DNA of 38,270 nt. Origin: Clostridia bacterium (lineage in GTDB: Bacteria > Bacillota > Clostridia > DUPQ01). This document shows, piece by piece, positions 15,868 through 25,592 of this stretch. Where the stretch lies: NCBI GenBank assembly GCA_041678685.1, contig JBAYNV010000004.1, forward strand, positions 1 to 38,270. The letters run 5' to 3'. The notes beneath the pieces were generated by a model. That model worked only from the letters and a program-made list of their open reading frames with translations. It was not told the origin of the DNA and made no database searches. The stretch's first letter is position 1, and every line of letters starts with the position of its first letter. The position numbers and the translations under genes were made by a program.

Positions 15868-17666
15868 GTTTTCTGCCGGTAAACCAGGAAGATATCAGAG
15901 AGCGGAACTGGGATCAGATAGATATTTTATTTGTTACTCCTGAAGCGTATGTGGATCATCCGTCCTTCGGTCATGCGATCCTCACAAGAATGCTGGAAAA
16001 TATGGGGTACAGAGTAGCAGTCCTGTCCGAACCTGACATAAAAAGCGCAGATGATTTCAAAAAATTCGGCAGGCCGCGTCTGGCTGTGCTGATATCAGGC
16101 GGAGTGATAGACAGCATGGTGAATAACTATTCCGCAAGCAGGCATAAAAGAAGAACTGACTGTTATGCTTCAAATGGAAAGAGAAGGCCTGACAGGGCTG
16201 TCATAGTATACAGTCAGAGGACCAGGGAAGCATTTAAGGATGTGCCGGTAATAATAGGCGGAGCGGAAGCAACATTAAGAAGATTCGCACATTATGATTA
16301 CTGGCAGGATACGGTAAGAAGATCCATAATATTCGATGCAAAAGCTGACATGATATCATATGGGATGGGTGAAAGATCCATAGCTGAAATAATCGGGCTG
16401 CTTGATAAGGGAGTTCCTGTAAGCAGTATCACCGCTGTGAAGGGAACAGCATATATATCAAGCGAAATGCCCAGGGAAAGCAGGCTGTTCAATGATATCG
16501 TCATACCTTCATTTGAAGAAGTAAGCACAGAAAAAAAAGCATTTGCGGATGCTTTTAAAATACAGTATGAAGAGCAGGATCCTATAAGAGGCGCAAGGCT
16601 CATACAGAAGCATGCAAACAGGTATCTGGTTTGCAATCCTATGTCTATGCCTCTTACGACCAAAGAGATGGATGATATATATGCGCTGCCATACGAGAGG
16701 GAATACCACCCCATGTATGAGAAGACAGGCGGGATAAAAGCGCTGGATGAAGTGAAGTTTTCCGTAACCAGCCACAGAGGCTGTTTCGGTAACTGTTCAT
16801 TCTGCTCCATAGCTTTAAGTCAGGGCAGGATTGTGCAAAGAAGAAGCAGGGAGAGCATAATAAATGAAGTCATCCTTCTGACAAAGAAGAAGGATTTCAA
16901 GGGATATATACATGACCTTTCAGGTCCTACCGCAAATTTCGTGAATCCTTCATGTGAAAAGCAGCTTACTGCTGGGACATGCAGGAATAAGCAATGCATG
17001 TTCCCGAAACCGTGCGAGAACCTGAAAATAGACCATACGGACTTTCTTGGTAATCTTGAGGCTGTGAGAAATGTACCGGGCGTGAAGAAGGTATTCGTAA
17101 GATCCGGTATCAGGTACGATTATCTGATGCTGGATAGAAACCAAGATGTGCTTTTAGAGATATGCAGGCATAATATAAGCGGTCAGCTGAAAACAGCACC
17201 TGAACATGTGAGCGGTAAAGTCCTGTCTCTTATGGGGAAACCTGATTTTGCCATCTACAGAGGCTTTAAAACAAGGTTTGACGGTATAAACAAGAAATTG
17301 GGAGTCAAACAGTATATCCTGCCGTATTTCATATCAGGACATCCCGGAGCGACCATAAAGGAAACAATAAAGCTTACAGAATATCTTATGGATTCGGGAT
17401 TCGTTCCTGAGCAGGTGCAGGATTTCTATCCTACACCGGGAAGCATGTCCACATGCATGTATTATACCGGTATCGATCCAATGACAGGTGAGGGCGTATA
17501 TGTACCCGACACGGCCGCAATGAGAAAGAACGAAAGGATATTGCTTCAATTCAATGACCCAAAGAATAGGAAGACAGCTATGGAGCTTCTTGAAAAATAT
17601 GACAGAAATGATCTTGCAAAAAGAGTGACAAGGTACAAGAGTGTAAAATATGAAGAAGATATTTAG
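15864..17666 (+). CDS. ygiQ: YgiQ-family (UPF0313) radical SAM protein
   Basis: The start overlaps ftsK as ATGA. The N-terminus is FLPVNQEDIRERNWDQIDILFVTPEAYVDHPSFG. The radical SAM cluster motif is HRGCFGNCSFCS. Confidence 0.85.
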   Translation: MSFLPVNQEDIRERNWDQIDILFVTPEAYVDHPSFGHAILTRMLENMGYRVAVLSEPDIKSADDFKKFGRPRLAVLISGGVIDSMVNNYSASRHKRRTDCYASNGKRRPDRAVIVYSQRTREAFKDVPVIIGGAEATLRRFAHYDYWQDTVRRSIIFDAKADMISYGMGERSIAEIIGLLDKGVPVSSITAVKGTAYISSEMPRESRLFNDIVIPSFEEVSTEKKAFADAFKIQYEEQDPIRGARLIQKHANRYLVCNPMSMPLTTKEMDDIYALPYEREYHPMYEKTGGIKALDEVKFSVTSHRGCFGNCSFCSIALSQGRIVQRRSRESIINEVILLTKKKDFKGYIHDLSGPTANFVNPSCEKQLTAGTCRNKQCMFPKPCENLKIDHTDFLGNLEAVRNVPGVKKVFVRSGIRYDYLMLDRNQDVLLEICRHNISGQLKTAPEHVSGKVLSLMGKPDFAIYRGFKTRFDGINKKLGVKQYILPYFISGHPGATIKETIKLTEYLMDSGFVPEQVQDFYPTPGSMSTCMYYTGIDPMTGEGVYVPDTAAMRKNERILLQFNDPKNRKTAMELLEKYDRNDLAKRVTRYKSVKYEEDI

Positions 17667-18963
17667 CATCATCACGCTTGGCTGCAAAGTCAATCAATAT
17701 GAATCCTCTTCGATAGCCACGACTCTTACGGATATGGGATATGAATACAGAGAGTTTCCATGCAAGTGTGATATCTGCCTTGTAAATACATGCACGGTCA
17801 CAAGTATCAGTGATAAAAAATCCCGCCAGATGATAAGCAGGGTAAGCACATCCAATCCCGGGTGCATAATAATCGCGACAGGGTGTCTTGCGCAGAGGGA
17901 TCCTGATACGCTAAAAAAGTGCGGAGCGCACATTATAACAGGCAACCATGAAAAAGCATCGTTCAGGGAGATACTGGAAGCTTATATAAAGCAAAAAGAC
18001 CCTACTTATACAGATGTTACTGAGATAGGATCATATAGGGAATTCGAACATATGGAATACCCGGATTCATGGGAAAGGATCAGGGGATATGTGAAAATAG
18101 AAGACGGATGCGATAATTTCTGTTCTTACTGCATCATACCTTATGTACGAGGACGTGTGAGAAGCCGGGATATGGATGATATCTATAGGGAGGTATCTTT
18201 CATGGCTGAAAAAGGCTTAAAGGAGGTTGTGCTTACAGGTATCCATCTGGACTCATACGGCAAGGATCTTGAAGGTGTTGATCTGGGTGATGTAATAAAC
18301 AGGTTATCAGGGATCAATGCAATAAAAAGGATAAGGCTTGGATCTCTTGAACCGGTTATAATTACTGATGTCTTTATAGCAAAAGTGAAGAGTTCGGATA
18401 AATTATGCCCAGAGTTTCATTTGTCCTTGCAGTCGGGTTCAGATAAAGTACTCAAAGATATGAACAGGAAATACACAAGACAGCAGTATATTGATGCTGT
18501 AAATAAAATAAGAGATAATTACGCTGATGCGGAAATCACTACCGACATCATAGTGGGGTATCCAACCGAAAGTGATGATGATTTTCTTGAAAGCGTAAGC
18601 ATAGTAAAAGTAGTCAGGTTTTTAAAAGTGCATGTATTCAAGTTCAGTAAAAGGAAAGGAACAAAAGCAGCAAACCTCAAAGAACTTGATCCGGATATAC
18701 TGAACGAACGCAGCGGTATACTAATAGCTGAAGCCCGAAAAATGTCTGAGGAAAGAATGTCGCATTACCTGAATAAAACTGTTGAGGTGCTTGCAGAGCA
18801 TGTGGAAAAGGATATGGTTATCGGACATACCTGTAACTTCATGAAGGTGATCGCAAGAGCCGGAGATGCAGAAACATCAGCTGATAAGATAAATAATTTC
18901 ATTAATGTAAGGATCACTGATGTCTCCGATGAGCAATTAATCGGTGATATCATTTATGATTGA
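17650..18963 (+). CDS. mtaB: tRNA (t6A37) methylthiotransferase MtaB (MiaB-like)
   Basis: The UPF0004 N-terminus is ITLGCKVNQYES...CLVNTCTVT. The radical SAM motif is GCDNFCSYCIIP. A C-terminal TRAM-like region is present. Confidence 0.85.
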   Translation: MKKIFSIITLGCKVNQYESSSIATTLTDMGYEYREFPCKCDICLVNTCTVTSISDKKSRQMISRVSTSNPGCIIIATGCLAQRDPDTLKKCGAHIITGNHEKASFREILEAYIKQKDPTYTDVTEIGSYREFEHMEYPDSWERIRGYVKIEDGCDNFCSYCIIPYVRGRVRSRDMDDIYREVSFMAEKGLKEVVLTGIHLDSYGKDLEGVDLGDVINRLSGINAIKRIRLGSLEPVIITDVFIAKVKSSDKLCPEFHLSLQSGSDKVLKDMNRKYTRQQYIDAVNKIRDNYADAEITTDIIVGYPTESDDDFLESVSIVKVVRFLKVHVFKFSKRKGTKAANLKELDPDILNERSGILIAEARKMSEERMSHYLNKTVEVLAEHVEKDMVIGHTCNFMKVIARAGDAETSADKINNFINVRITDVSDEQLIGDIIYD

Positions 18964-19096
18964 TCACATCATATAAATCATCTGTACGAAAAACCGTACT
19001 GAAGGTCCATGGCAGGGGTCATTTTAGAATAATATCTTGAAATGTTTTATACAAAGTTGTAAACTGATTACATAATTGTTAAAGGAGATATGCAAA

Positions 19097-19348
19097 TTGG
19101 ATAAGGGTTCAACGATAAATCTCGACTTCTTAAAAGGCCAACAGACTGAAACACGAGAAATGCTTACGCTTGTATTCAGTGCAATGACGGAAAAAGGGTA
19201 CGATCCTGTTAACCAGCTTGTTGCATATCTTATGTCAGGTGATCCAACATACATAACCAGTCACAACGGTGCAAGAAATGCGATCAGGAAGTTGGAGAGG
19301 GATGAGATAATAGCGGAGCTTATTCACTATTATTTCGTATCAAAGTAG
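19097..19348 (+). CDS. ireB: IreB-family regulatory phosphoprotein (UPF0297/DUF965)
   Basis: The motif EKGYDPVNQLVAYLMSGDPTYITSHNGARNAIRKLERDEII is present. The track start at 19076 lies upstream of the RBS. An in-frame TTG at 19097 sits 9 nt after AAAGGAG (19081-19087). Confidence 0.8.
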   Translation: MDKGSTINLDFLKGQQTETREMLTLVFSAMTEKGYDPVNQLVAYLMSGDPTYITSHNGARNAIRKLERDEIIAELIHYYFVSK

Positions 19349-19354
19349 TTATAA

Positions 19355-19771
19355 ATGGTGTTATTGGGGATCGATTACGGAGAGAGAAGAATGGGAGTAG
19401 CCAAAAGCGACTCTCTTGGTTTCTTAGCTTCAGGACTGACGACTATCGAATGGAATCATGACACGTCCATTCCAGTGAAAACCATTTCTGAACTGATCAG
19501 GACTTACCATGTGGAAAAAATCGTAATGGGACTGCCGATAAATATGGACGATTCAGAAGGTGAGAAAGCATTGAAGGTCAGAGGGTTCGCAAAGGTTTTA
19601 GAAACCGCATGCTCTATCCCGGTCGATCTGTATGATGAAAGGCTTTCTACAGCGGAGGCTCATGAGATAATGCATATGCAGGGAAGAAAAACTGGAAAAG
19701 ATAAAAAGAGTATTGATATGATAGCAGCTTGTGTTATACTGCAATCTTATTTGGATAATGTAAAAAAATAA
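19355..19771 (+). CDS. ruvX: Holliday-junction-resolvase-like / pre-16S rRNA nuclease RuvX (YqgF)
   Basis: The N-terminus is LLGIDYGERRMGVAKSD. LPINMDDSEGE is present. Synteny with ireB and DUF1292 matches the Bacillus yrzL-yrrK-yrzB arrangement. Confidence 0.9.
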   Translation: MVLLGIDYGERRMGVAKSDSLGFLASGLTTIEWNHDTSIPVKTISELIRTYHVEKIVMGLPINMDDSEGEKALKVRGFAKVLETACSIPVDLYDERLSTAEAHEIMHMQGRKTGKDKKSIDMIAACVILQSYLDNVKK

Positions 19772-19792
19772 CCTATATAAAGGAGAAAAACA

Positions 19793-20068
19793 ATGGAAGA
19801 AGAGAGAGACGACATAATAATGATGGAAGACGAGGAAGGCAATCAGGTTCCTATGGTTGCAGTGGAAATGCTCGATTATGAAGAAAAAACTTATGTCCTT
19901 ATGCAGAATACTGATGAAAAGGATGAGGATTCATATATATTCTTGTATGAGGAGCAGGAGGGCGACGAAGCCATCCTTACACCTGTAGAGGATGATACTC
20001 TTCTCGACAAACTGTTTGAACTATTCCTTGAAAAACTTGATATCGAAGAAGAAATAGAGGAAAAATAA
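19793..20068 (+). CDS. DUF1292 domain protein (YrzB-like), acidic
   Basis: The sequence EDEEGNQVPMVAVEMLDYEEKTYVLMQ...YIFLYEE is present. The RBS is AAAGGAG. Confidence 0.8.
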   Translation: MEEERDDIIMMEDEEGNQVPMVAVEMLDYEEKTYVLMQNTDEKDEDSYIFLYEEQEGDEAILTPVEDDTLLDKLFELFLEKLDIEEEIEEK

Positions 20069-20070
20069 TT

Positions 20071-21837
20071 TTGAATCTTGACTTGATGAGTGTTGAAAAG
20101 CCTTCACGTTACACGGGAGGCGAATTTAACCAGATCGTTAAGGATCATGCTAAAATGAAGGCAAGCTTCGCATTCTGTTTCCCTGATACCTATGAAGTAG
20201 GTATGAGTCATGTCGGCATGAGGATCCTTTATCATATTTTAAACAAACGTGAAGATACTGTATGTGAAAGGGTATTTGCCCCATGGCTCGACATGGAGGA
20301 TCTGATGAGACAGAAGGGGCAACCGCTGTTCTCACTGGAAACGCAGAAGAATGTAAAAGAGTTCGATATAGTCGGATTTACTTTACAGTATGAAATGAGT
20401 TATACGAATATCATCAACATGCTTGATCTTGCTGATATTCCGATTCGCAGTAAAGACAGAAGCGACAGCGATCCCATCATTATGGCAGGTGGACCGTGCG
20501 CTTCGAACCCTGAGACTTTAGCCGATATAATGGATCTTTTCGTTATAGGTGAAGGCGAGGAAGTCACTCTTGAGCTTATAGATCTGTATATCTCAGTCAA
20601 GGATATGAGCGGAACAAAAAAAGAATTTTTAGAACGGGCATCAAAAATAGAGGGTGTCTATGTTCCGGTTCTGTATAACTCAAAGACTAATATAAAAAGA
20701 AGGATCATTAAGGATCTTGACAGCGTTTCGTATCCTGTTGATCCTATCGTACCGTATATAAATATTGTGCATGACAGGATCTCGCTTGAGATCTTCAGAG
20801 GCTGTATCAGAGGATGCAGATTCTGCCAGGCAGGATATATATACAGGCCGGTAAGGGAAAAGAGCCCTGAAAAGCTTATAGAGCAGGCTAAACATATGAT
20901 AGCAAGCACAGGATATGAAGAGATGGGCTTAGTATCGTTGAGTACATCGGATTACTCCAGGCTGCCATCGCTTTGTGACGGTCTGTTAGAACAGACACAG
21001 GATAAGATGGTGAACCTGTCAGTTCCGTCTTTAAGAATAGATAATTTTTCCATCGGGCTGATGGAAAAACTTCAGAAAGTAAGAAAGTCAGGACTGACCT
21101 TCGCTCCTGAAGCAGGTAGTCAGAGGCTCCGCGATGTCATAAACAAGAATATCACCGAAGAAGATATCTTAAGATCGGTAACTATGGCGCGTGACGGGGG
21201 ATACAATAATATAAAACTGTATTTCATGCTTGGTCTGCCTACTGAAACAGACGAGGATGTTATAGCTATAGCTGACCTGTCGAAGAAGATAATTGAAGCA
21301 TTCGACAGAAAAAGAAAAGTGAATGTGACAGTCAGTACAGCGTTTTTCATACCTAAGCCATTTACTGCGTTCCAGTGGTGCGCTCAGATAACCAGAGAAG
21401 AAATGGCAAGGAAGCAGAAACTGCTCAAGGAACATATCACTGACAGAAAGATAACATACAACTGGCATGAATTCGATACTTCCGTTGTTGAAGGCATAAT
21501 ATCCAGAGGCGACAAAAAAGTAGGCGAAGCCATAATAAAGGCATGGGAAAAAGGATGTAAGTTCGATTCATGGAGCCAGTGCTTCGATATGCGGAAATGG
21601 GAGAGGGCATTCATGGAAAGCGGTGTGGATGTTTCGTATTATACAAGCAGGGAAATATCCGTGGATGAGTTGCTTCCCTGGGATCATATCGATATAGGCG
21701 TAAAAAAAAGTTTTCTGGTTTCTGAATATGAAAAAGCATCTATGGGAAAGACCACTCCCAACTGCAGGGAGAAGTGCAGCAACTGCGGTATCAAAAAGTA
21801 TAAATGCGGGGTATGTGTTGAAAATAATAAGGATTAA
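20071..21837 (+). CDS. B12-binding-domain radical SAM protein (TIGR03960-like)
   Basis: The N-terminus is EKPSRYTGGEFN. The cluster motif is FRGCIRGCRFCQAG. The start is TTG with an AGAGGAAAAA RBS. Confidence 0.8.
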   Translation: MNLDLMSVEKPSRYTGGEFNQIVKDHAKMKASFAFCFPDTYEVGMSHVGMRILYHILNKREDTVCERVFAPWLDMEDLMRQKGQPLFSLETQKNVKEFDIVGFTLQYEMSYTNIINMLDLADIPIRSKDRSDSDPIIMAGGPCASNPETLADIMDLFVIGEGEEVTLELIDLYISVKDMSGTKKEFLERASKIEGVYVPVLYNSKTNIKRRIIKDLDSVSYPVDPIVPYINIVHDRISLEIFRGCIRGCRFCQAGYIYRPVREKSPEKLIEQAKHMIASTGYEEMGLVSLSTSDYSRLPSLCDGLLEQTQDKMVNLSVPSLRIDNFSIGLMEKLQKVRKSGLTFAPEAGSQRLRDVINKNITEEDILRSVTMARDGGYNNIKLYFMLGLPTETDEDVIAIADLSKKIIEAFDRKRKVNVTVSTAFFIPKPFTAFQWCAQITREEMARKQKLLKEHITDRKITYNWHEFDTSVVEGIISRGDKKVGEAIIKAWEKGCKFDSWSQCFDMRKWERAFMESGVDVSYYTSREISVDELLPWDHIDIGVKKSFLVSEYEKASMGKTTPNCREKCSNCGIKKYKCGVCVENNKD

Positions 21838-22447
21838 ATTCAAAAAAGGCGATCAGGTCAAGTATGTGTCTCACATAGAAATGATGAACACATTCATGAG
21901 AGCCTGCAGAAGGTGTGATCTTGATGTTACATATACTGCGGGTTTCAATCCCGGAATGAGGATGGTTTTTGCGCTTCCTCTGCCCGTAGGACTTACAAGC
22001 CAGTGTGAATATGTTGATATATGGTTCAATAAGGATTATATGTGCGAGTATGTTGTTGAAATGCTGAAACAGAGTCTTCCCAAAGGATTCGAACCTGTGA
22101 ATGCATATTATGTGGAAAAATCTGACCTTATGGAAGATGTCGGATCCGCCAGATACGGCTTCACTGTTGTTTGCAGCGGTGATCTTAAAAAGGCTTTAAA
22201 GAAGCTTCAAAGCATGGAAAGCGCATTTGTTGAAAAATCCAATAACAAAGGTCCTGTGGACATAATCCCCATGATATACAAGATCGATGTACATGATGGA
22301 TCGCATTTTTCTCTGCTGTGTAAGGCTGGAGCTAAAGGTAATCTGCATCCGAGGCTTGTCCTGAAAGCCCTCAATATTTATGCCGGTGTCGAAGTTGAAG
22401 AAAAGGGTATAGACAGGGAGGAACTTTTTTTGAAAGTTCTGCAATAA
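21815..22447 (+). CDS. Radical-SAM-linked protein (DUF2344 / TIGR03936-like)
   Basis: The track start at 21728 lies deep inside the upstream gene. The family normally begins near IRIKFKKGDQVKYVSHIEMMNTFMRACRR, so I chose the in-frame GTG at 21815 (TTG at 21818 is the alternative). Confidence 0.7.
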   Translation: MLKIIRIKFKKGDQVKYVSHIEMMNTFMRACRRCDLDVTYTAGFNPGMRMVFALPLPVGLTSQCEYVDIWFNKDYMCEYVVEMLKQSLPKGFEPVNAYYVEKSDLMEDVGSARYGFTVVCSGDLKKALKKLQSMESAFVEKSNNKGPVDIIPMIYKIDVHDGSHFSLLCKAGAKGNLHPRLVLKALNIYAGVEVEEKGIDREELFLKVLQ

Positions 22448-22487
22448 CTATTTGTAAAGGCCATATACATCAAGGTATAATGGGTAC

Positions 22488-23222
22488 ATGGTAAATGAAG
22501 ACGAGAGGATCGATGACCTTCAACTTGAAGGATTAAAGCTGGTACAGAATAAAAAGCAGTTTTGCTTTGGAACTGATGCTGTCCTCATATCATATTTTGC
22601 TCAGGTCAAACATAATGCTTCAGTGATCGATCTGGGTACAGGAAACGGTGTCATTCCTTTGCTTCTATATGGCAGATACAAACCCAGAAAAATCGTAGGT
22701 CTGGAAATCCAGAAAGATATATATGATCTGGCTGTAAGAAATGCTCAATACAATGGGCTTGAGGATAAGATCTCATTTGTACACGGAGATATACGTAATG
22801 TGAAGGAGTATTTCATAGGCGGGCTTTTCGATCATGTCGTCACCAATCCGCCTTATCTTAAAAGCGGTACAGGAATAGTGAACAGCAATGATGTAGTGTC
22901 TAATGCAAGGCATGAGATCCTGTGTACTTTGGAGGATATATTAAAAGCATCCAGATATTTACTGAAATCCAAAGGTATTTTTACGATGGTGCACAGGCCT
23001 GAAAGGCTTACAGATATCCTTTCTGTTATGAGATTATATTCGATTGAGCCAAAAACCATACGTTTCATTCATTCGAGCGCAAATAATCCTGCGATTCTTG
23101 TACTTGTACAGGGGCTGAAGGACATGAATCCCGCGCTTTCTGTGAAAGCTCCGCTTATTATGTGTAATGCTGACGGATCATACACGGATGAACTGAATAT
23201 GATATACGGGAGGAACAGGTAG
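22488..23222 (+). CDS. tRNA (adenine37-N6)-methyltransferase TrmN6/YabB-like SAM methyltransferase
   Basis: The SAM motif is VIDLGTGNGVIPL. The catalytic motif is VVTNPPY. It lies immediately upstream of rsmI, as yabB does in Bacillus. Confidence 0.75.
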   Translation: MVNEDERIDDLQLEGLKLVQNKKQFCFGTDAVLISYFAQVKHNASVIDLGTGNGVIPLLLYGRYKPRKIVGLEIQKDIYDLAVRNAQYNGLEDKISFVHGDIRNVKEYFIGGLFDHVVTNPPYLKSGTGIVNSNDVVSNARHEILCTLEDILKASRYLLKSKGIFTMVHRPERLTDILSVMRLYSIEPKTIRFIHSSANNPAILVLVQGLKDMNPALSVKAPLIMCNADGSYTDELNMIYGRNR

Positions 23223-24070
23223 TGTTATATCTTGTCGCTACACCTATAGGAAATCTGAAAGACATATCGCAAAGAGCAACGGATGCTCTTAGGTCATGTG
23301 ACTATATCGCTTCGGAAGACACAAGGCATACCCTGCAGCTTCTGAATGCATTGGGAATAAAAAAGAAACTTGTAAGTTATCATGAGCATAACAAGGATGA
23401 AAGCGGGCAGAGGATCTTAAAAGACATAATGGAGGGAAAGAACGTCTGCCTTGTCACTGATGCCGGCTGTCCCGCTATATCTGATCCGGGTGAGGATCTT
23501 GTAAAGCTCATGCACGAAAATTCACAGCCTGTAACGGTGATACCTGGCGCATGTGCTGCAATATCAGCGCTCATGCTTTCCCCTTTTTCATCAAAGAGGT
23601 TCTGTTTTGAGGGTTTCCCTCCAGCGAAGGCAGGGGAGAGAAAGGCTTTTTTTGAAAGACTGGTCAATGAAGAACGCACAGCTATAGTGTATGAAGCTCC
23701 TCATAAGCTCATGAAGACATTGCAAACTGCAAGAAAAATACTTGGGGATGACAGAAGGATCTCTTTAGTCAAAGAGATCACCAAGATACATGAGACGGTT
23801 TTTGTGGATACGTTAAAGACTGTAAGTGAATATTTCGAAACGAACGAACCTAAGGGTGAGTATGTTCTTGTCATAGAAGGCGCAGTGAAAGATAAAGCCG
23901 AAAAAAAAGATATCCCCCAAACAGAGGATATCGAAAAGACAGTAAAAAACAGATATGAAGAACTAATTAATAACGGCTTTACGCGTAAAGATGCAATGCG
24001 TAAAATCGCTGTTGACAATCATTTATCGAGAAATGAAGTATACTCTTTATTACTCAGGATCCTTGGCTGA
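23222..24070 (+). CDS. rsmI: 16S rRNA (cytidine1402-2'-O)-methyltransferase
   Basis: The N-terminus is LYLVATPIGNLKDIS. VTDAGCPAISDPG is present. The start is GTG behind GGGAGGA and overlaps the upstream stop as TAGTG. Confidence 0.9.
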   Translation: MLYLVATPIGNLKDISQRATDALRSCDYIASEDTRHTLQLLNALGIKKKLVSYHEHNKDESGQRILKDIMEGKNVCLVTDAGCPAISDPGEDLVKLMHENSQPVTVIPGACAAISALMLSPFSSKRFCFEGFPPAKAGERKAFFERLVNEERTAIVYEAPHKLMKTLQTARKILGDDRRISLVKEITKIHETVFVDTLKTVSEYFETNEPKGEYVLVIEGAVKDKAEKKDIPQTEDIEKTVKNRYEELINNGFTRKDAMRKIAVDNHLSRNEVYSLLLRILG

Positions 24071-24301
24071 CAGTTCATTGATGCATGAACGACAGATATT
24101 GTTTCCGTTATACTGAGTAATATCATCGGTCGATCCGCAGAGACAGCATCCCGGTTCATATTTTCTGATCTTTATATTATCTCCATCGAGACTGATCTCA
24201 ACAGCATCTCTTTTCCCGATATTAAGAGTCTTACGTAACTCTATGGGAACCACTATTCTACCTAACTCATCTATCTTTCTGACTACTCCAGCTGATTTCA
24301 T
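24050..24301 (-). CDS. abrB: AbrB/SpoVT-family transition-state regulator with a Cys-rich C-terminal tail
   Basis: The swapped-hairpin motif is VRKIDELGRIVVPIELRKTLNI. The tail is CCLCGS...CRSC. The RBS is TGGAGG. A candidate promoter TTGCTT-17-TAGAAT lies in 24302-24383. Confidence 0.85.
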   Translation of the reverse strand: MKSAGVVRKIDELGRIVVPIELRKTLNIGKRDAVEISLDGDNIKIRKYEPGCCLCGSTDDITQYNGNNICRSCINELSAKDPE

Positions 24302-24383
24302 AATACGCCTCCAACAAATAATGTGCTATAAATCATTCTATCAATTTTATGTAATAAAAGCAACATATAATAAAGAGTTTTTA

Positions 24384-25382
24384 TTATATGTTACCATAAT
24401 ATCTGGCAACGTCGATCAGAGCTCTGAGGTTATCATATGGCACATCATTCTGGATTTCCTGTGAAGGAGCGCAGATATATCCTCCGTTAACGCTCATGTT
24501 CGTGATGACTTTTTCAGCTTCCTTTTTTACTTCCTCAGCTGTTCCATATGGCAGTGTCTTCTGGGTACTTATGCCTCCCCAGAAAGTCAGAACACTTCCA
24601 AAAGACTTTTTGATTTCATATATATCCATGCACTCAGGCTGTACAGGATTAAGCACGTTCACTCCCATTTCTGACAGATCAGGCAAAATAGACTGGACAT
24701 TCCCGCATGAATGTACCCACACATCCTTCATGTATCTATGTATAAGGTCATACTCTTTCTGTTCGCCCGGCTGTATCATCTGTCTCCATGTTACAGGTGA
24801 CATAAGAAGCGATTTCTGTGAACCCCAGTCGCTTCCAAGCAGTATTCCGTCTACGTTTTCATTGGTAACGATATTTTCCAGCATTACCATATTCTTTCTT
24901 ATAATAGTATCGAGAAGCTCTTGAGCGAATTCCTGTTCTGTGGCCATATCGGCAAGGAAATTTTCTATGCCACGTGCAAAATATGCTTTTTCGAAATGGC
25001 TTCCCCATATAAAATCACATATATAGCATCCGAAATTTTCTTTTATAAATTTCGTGTAATCCTCATATTCAGTATAGCTTCCGATACCTTTTGCCTTAGG
25101 CATATACGAAGGCGGATCAAAACTTTCAGCATATTTCTTTGCATCATACCATGTCCACCATGGAACGCTCACACCTAACGCATGATTACCTATACTCATG
25201 TATATCGCATCGCATTTGCCTATTGATCCTTTTTCGTAAGCGCTCATCACATCCTTGTTATAGTAGTCATGAAGCAGCATATCCCCGTATTTGTCTTTTG
25301 CTTCCCTTGTTATCTGAATGAGATAAGGTATTTTACCGGAAGTCTGGTGGGTGATCGCTTTTTGTATATGTTTTATATCCAT
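24384..25382 (-). CDS. Uroporphyrinogen decarboxylase (URO-D) family protein, second paralog
   Basis: The 332-aa ORF contains VWVHSCGNVQSILPDLSEMGVNVLNPVQPECMDIYEIKKSFGSVLTFWGGISTQKTLPYGTAEEVKKE, which is typical of the URO-D-like C-terminal half. Confidence 0.65.
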   Translation of the reverse strand: MDIKHIQKAITHQTSGKIPYLIQITREAKDKYGDMLLHDYYNKDVMSAYEKGSIGKCDAIYMSIGNHALGVSVPWWTWYDAKKYAESFDPPSYMPKAKGIGSYTEYEDYTKFIKENFGCYICDFIWGSHFEKAYFARGIENFLADMATEQEFAQELLDTIIRKNMVMLENIVTNENVDGILLGSDWGSQKSLLMSPVTWRQMIQPGEQKEYDLIHRYMKDVWVHSCGNVQSILPDLSEMGVNVLNPVQPECMDIYEIKKSFGSVLTFWGGISTQKTLPYGTAEEVKKEAEKVITNMSVNGGYICAPSQEIQNDVPYDNLRALIDVARYYGNI

Positions 25383-25494
25383 ATTTTCCCCTTAAACTGA
25401 AATATGCGTTAATTATATCATCAAAATTTGATATGCAAGCGTATATATGTGAACAATGAGCAGAGTATGCATAGAGCGGATCAAGTATTTTTTG

Positions 25495-25523
25495 TTGACA
25501 TATACCGCATTAAATAATACAAT
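25495..25523 (+). promoter_or_regulatory. rny promoter: TTGACA - 17 nt - TACAAT
   Basis: TTGACA lies at 25495-25500 and TACAAT at 25518-25523. Confidence 0.5.
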
Positions 25524-25592
25524 TACCAATTGTATGGATAAGTTATTATTTATTAACATATGCACTTTGAAAACAGAATAAGGAGGTATTTA

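Noticed and set aside
18964-19096. Small hairpin GTACG-AAAAAC-CGTAC after mtaB as a terminator
   Set aside because: The stem is only 5 bp and no U-run follows. The region is better explained by a TTGAAA-17-TAAACT promoter for ireB.
24050-24301. AbrB/MazE-fold protein as the antitoxin of a toxin-antitoxin pair
   Set aside because: There is no adjacent small toxin ORF on either side. The conserved rsmI-abrB synteny and the full AbrB N-terminal motif indicate the transition-state regulator.
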